NCBI GenBank assembly: GCA_947629255.1
Contig: CANRDF010000002.1
Span: 44-64,043, forward strand
Direction: 5' to 3'
Length of the DNA stretch: 64,000 nucleotides
From: an uncultured Bacilli bacterium
GTDB lineage: Bacteria; Bacillota_I; Bacilli_A; RF39; UBA660
This document shows positions 63,640 to 64,000 of this stretch, piece by piece; position 1 is the stretch's first letter, and each line of letters begins with the position of its first letter. The position numbers and the translations under genes are program-made. The notes below the pieces were generated by a model. That model saw only the letters and a list, made by a program, of their open reading frames with translations, did no database searches and was not told where the DNA came from.

Positions 63640-64000
63640 TCAATTGTTTTTTGTGTATTCTACTGTAACATGTCCACTAAAGGTACTCCTGTCTAATCCG
63701 ACTTCTAATATGATATTATTACTATCAATACGACATCCGACACCATTTCCTATATTGCTAGATGGTCTTACCAGATTTATTGGCCAAAAAGCACTACCAT
63801 TTGTATCTCTTACCATCCCATAAATGTTACGATAAGTCACATTTGTGAGTCCTGTACTAAAGCTTGTTTCACCTGTTCTAGATGGCAAACTAACTGCAAT
63901 AGTTTTCCTATATAATGGTCTGCCGTCTATCCAATTTCCCACTACTGTTTCACTTGTAGAATAATCTGTAAGTTTATTAACAGCATCAATTATCTCGTCG
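63640..64000 (-). CDS. phage tail fibre / receptor-binding protein, C-terminal part (partial, 5' end off window)
   Basis: The reading frame stays open upstream of the ORF-track GTG (..DEIIDAVNKLTDYSTSETVVGNWIDG..) as far as position 64000. Sits just before the lysis genes. Confidence 0.5.
   Translation of the reverse strand, partial: DEIIDAVNKLTDYSTSETVVGNWIDGRPLYRKTIAVSLPSRTGETSFSTGLTNVTYRNIYGMVRDTNGSAFWPINLVRPSSNIGNGVGCRIDSNNIILEVGLDRSTFSGHVTVEYTKNN

Larger units (their letters stand above)
59446..64000 (-). mobile_element. end of a prophage (or prophage remnant) integrated next to or into the 3' end of tRNA-Ala; continues beyond the window
   Basis: Tyrosine integrase directly downstream of the tRNA, followed by moron-like genes, an XRE regulator, endolysin, holin(s) and a tail-fibre-like ORF running off the edge. 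Confidence 0.75.

Noticed and set aside
1-64000. Searched all ORF translations for a reverse transcriptase (YxDD-type motif) or Avd-like protein to complete the DGR.
   Set aside because: None was found by eye, so the DGR interpretation is reported as orphan or fossil rather than as a complete element.

Overview
AT-rich Bacillota-type chromosome segment. About 60 of 62 genes are on the minus strand. No rRNA genes or CRISPR arrays were found.

Layout by coordinate:
- 2-1646: mraZ-rsmH-ftsL, with an upstream array of GTGG boxes (MraZ-operator-like).
- 1971-4964: a 911-aa Ig-repeat surface protein. Its 3' end and a nearby non-coding copy form a DGR-like VR/TR pair, but no reverse transcriptase is present in the window. 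Its promoter spacer contains a G11 tract.
- 5.0-14.7 kb: core genes rpe, rsgA, prkC, stp, a YjjX-like NTPase, an SDR, a DUF1810 protein, mraY and a class B PBP.
- 14.7-21.2 kb: accessory block with a Nudix pseudogene, a Fic protein, a decayed duplicate of the PBP 5' end, a pyrophosphatase-like gene, Type III mod/res, and a possible type I toxin-like peptide.
- 21.2-44.3 kb: cell-envelope polysaccharide region. It holds VanZ, two LCP ligases, an ArnC/ArnEF-like lipid-linked sugar module whose GT2 is frameshifted at a G10 tract, and a Wzx/Wzy-type locus.
- 44.3-57.3 kb: mosaic defence-type island. It holds Rpn/PDDEXK_2 pseudogene fragments acting as direct repeats, repeated palindromic operators, a HicAB-like module, an ImmA-like protease + AAA+ ATPase + ABC-like ATPase + PD-(D/E)XK operon, and an AbiL/PARIS-like ATPase + RloB + 485-aa operon.
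- 57.4-59.4 kb: serS, an HD-domain gene and tRNA-Ala.
- 59.4-64.0 kb: end of a prophage integrated next to the tRNA.

All calls come from reading motifs by eye. No database searches were run.
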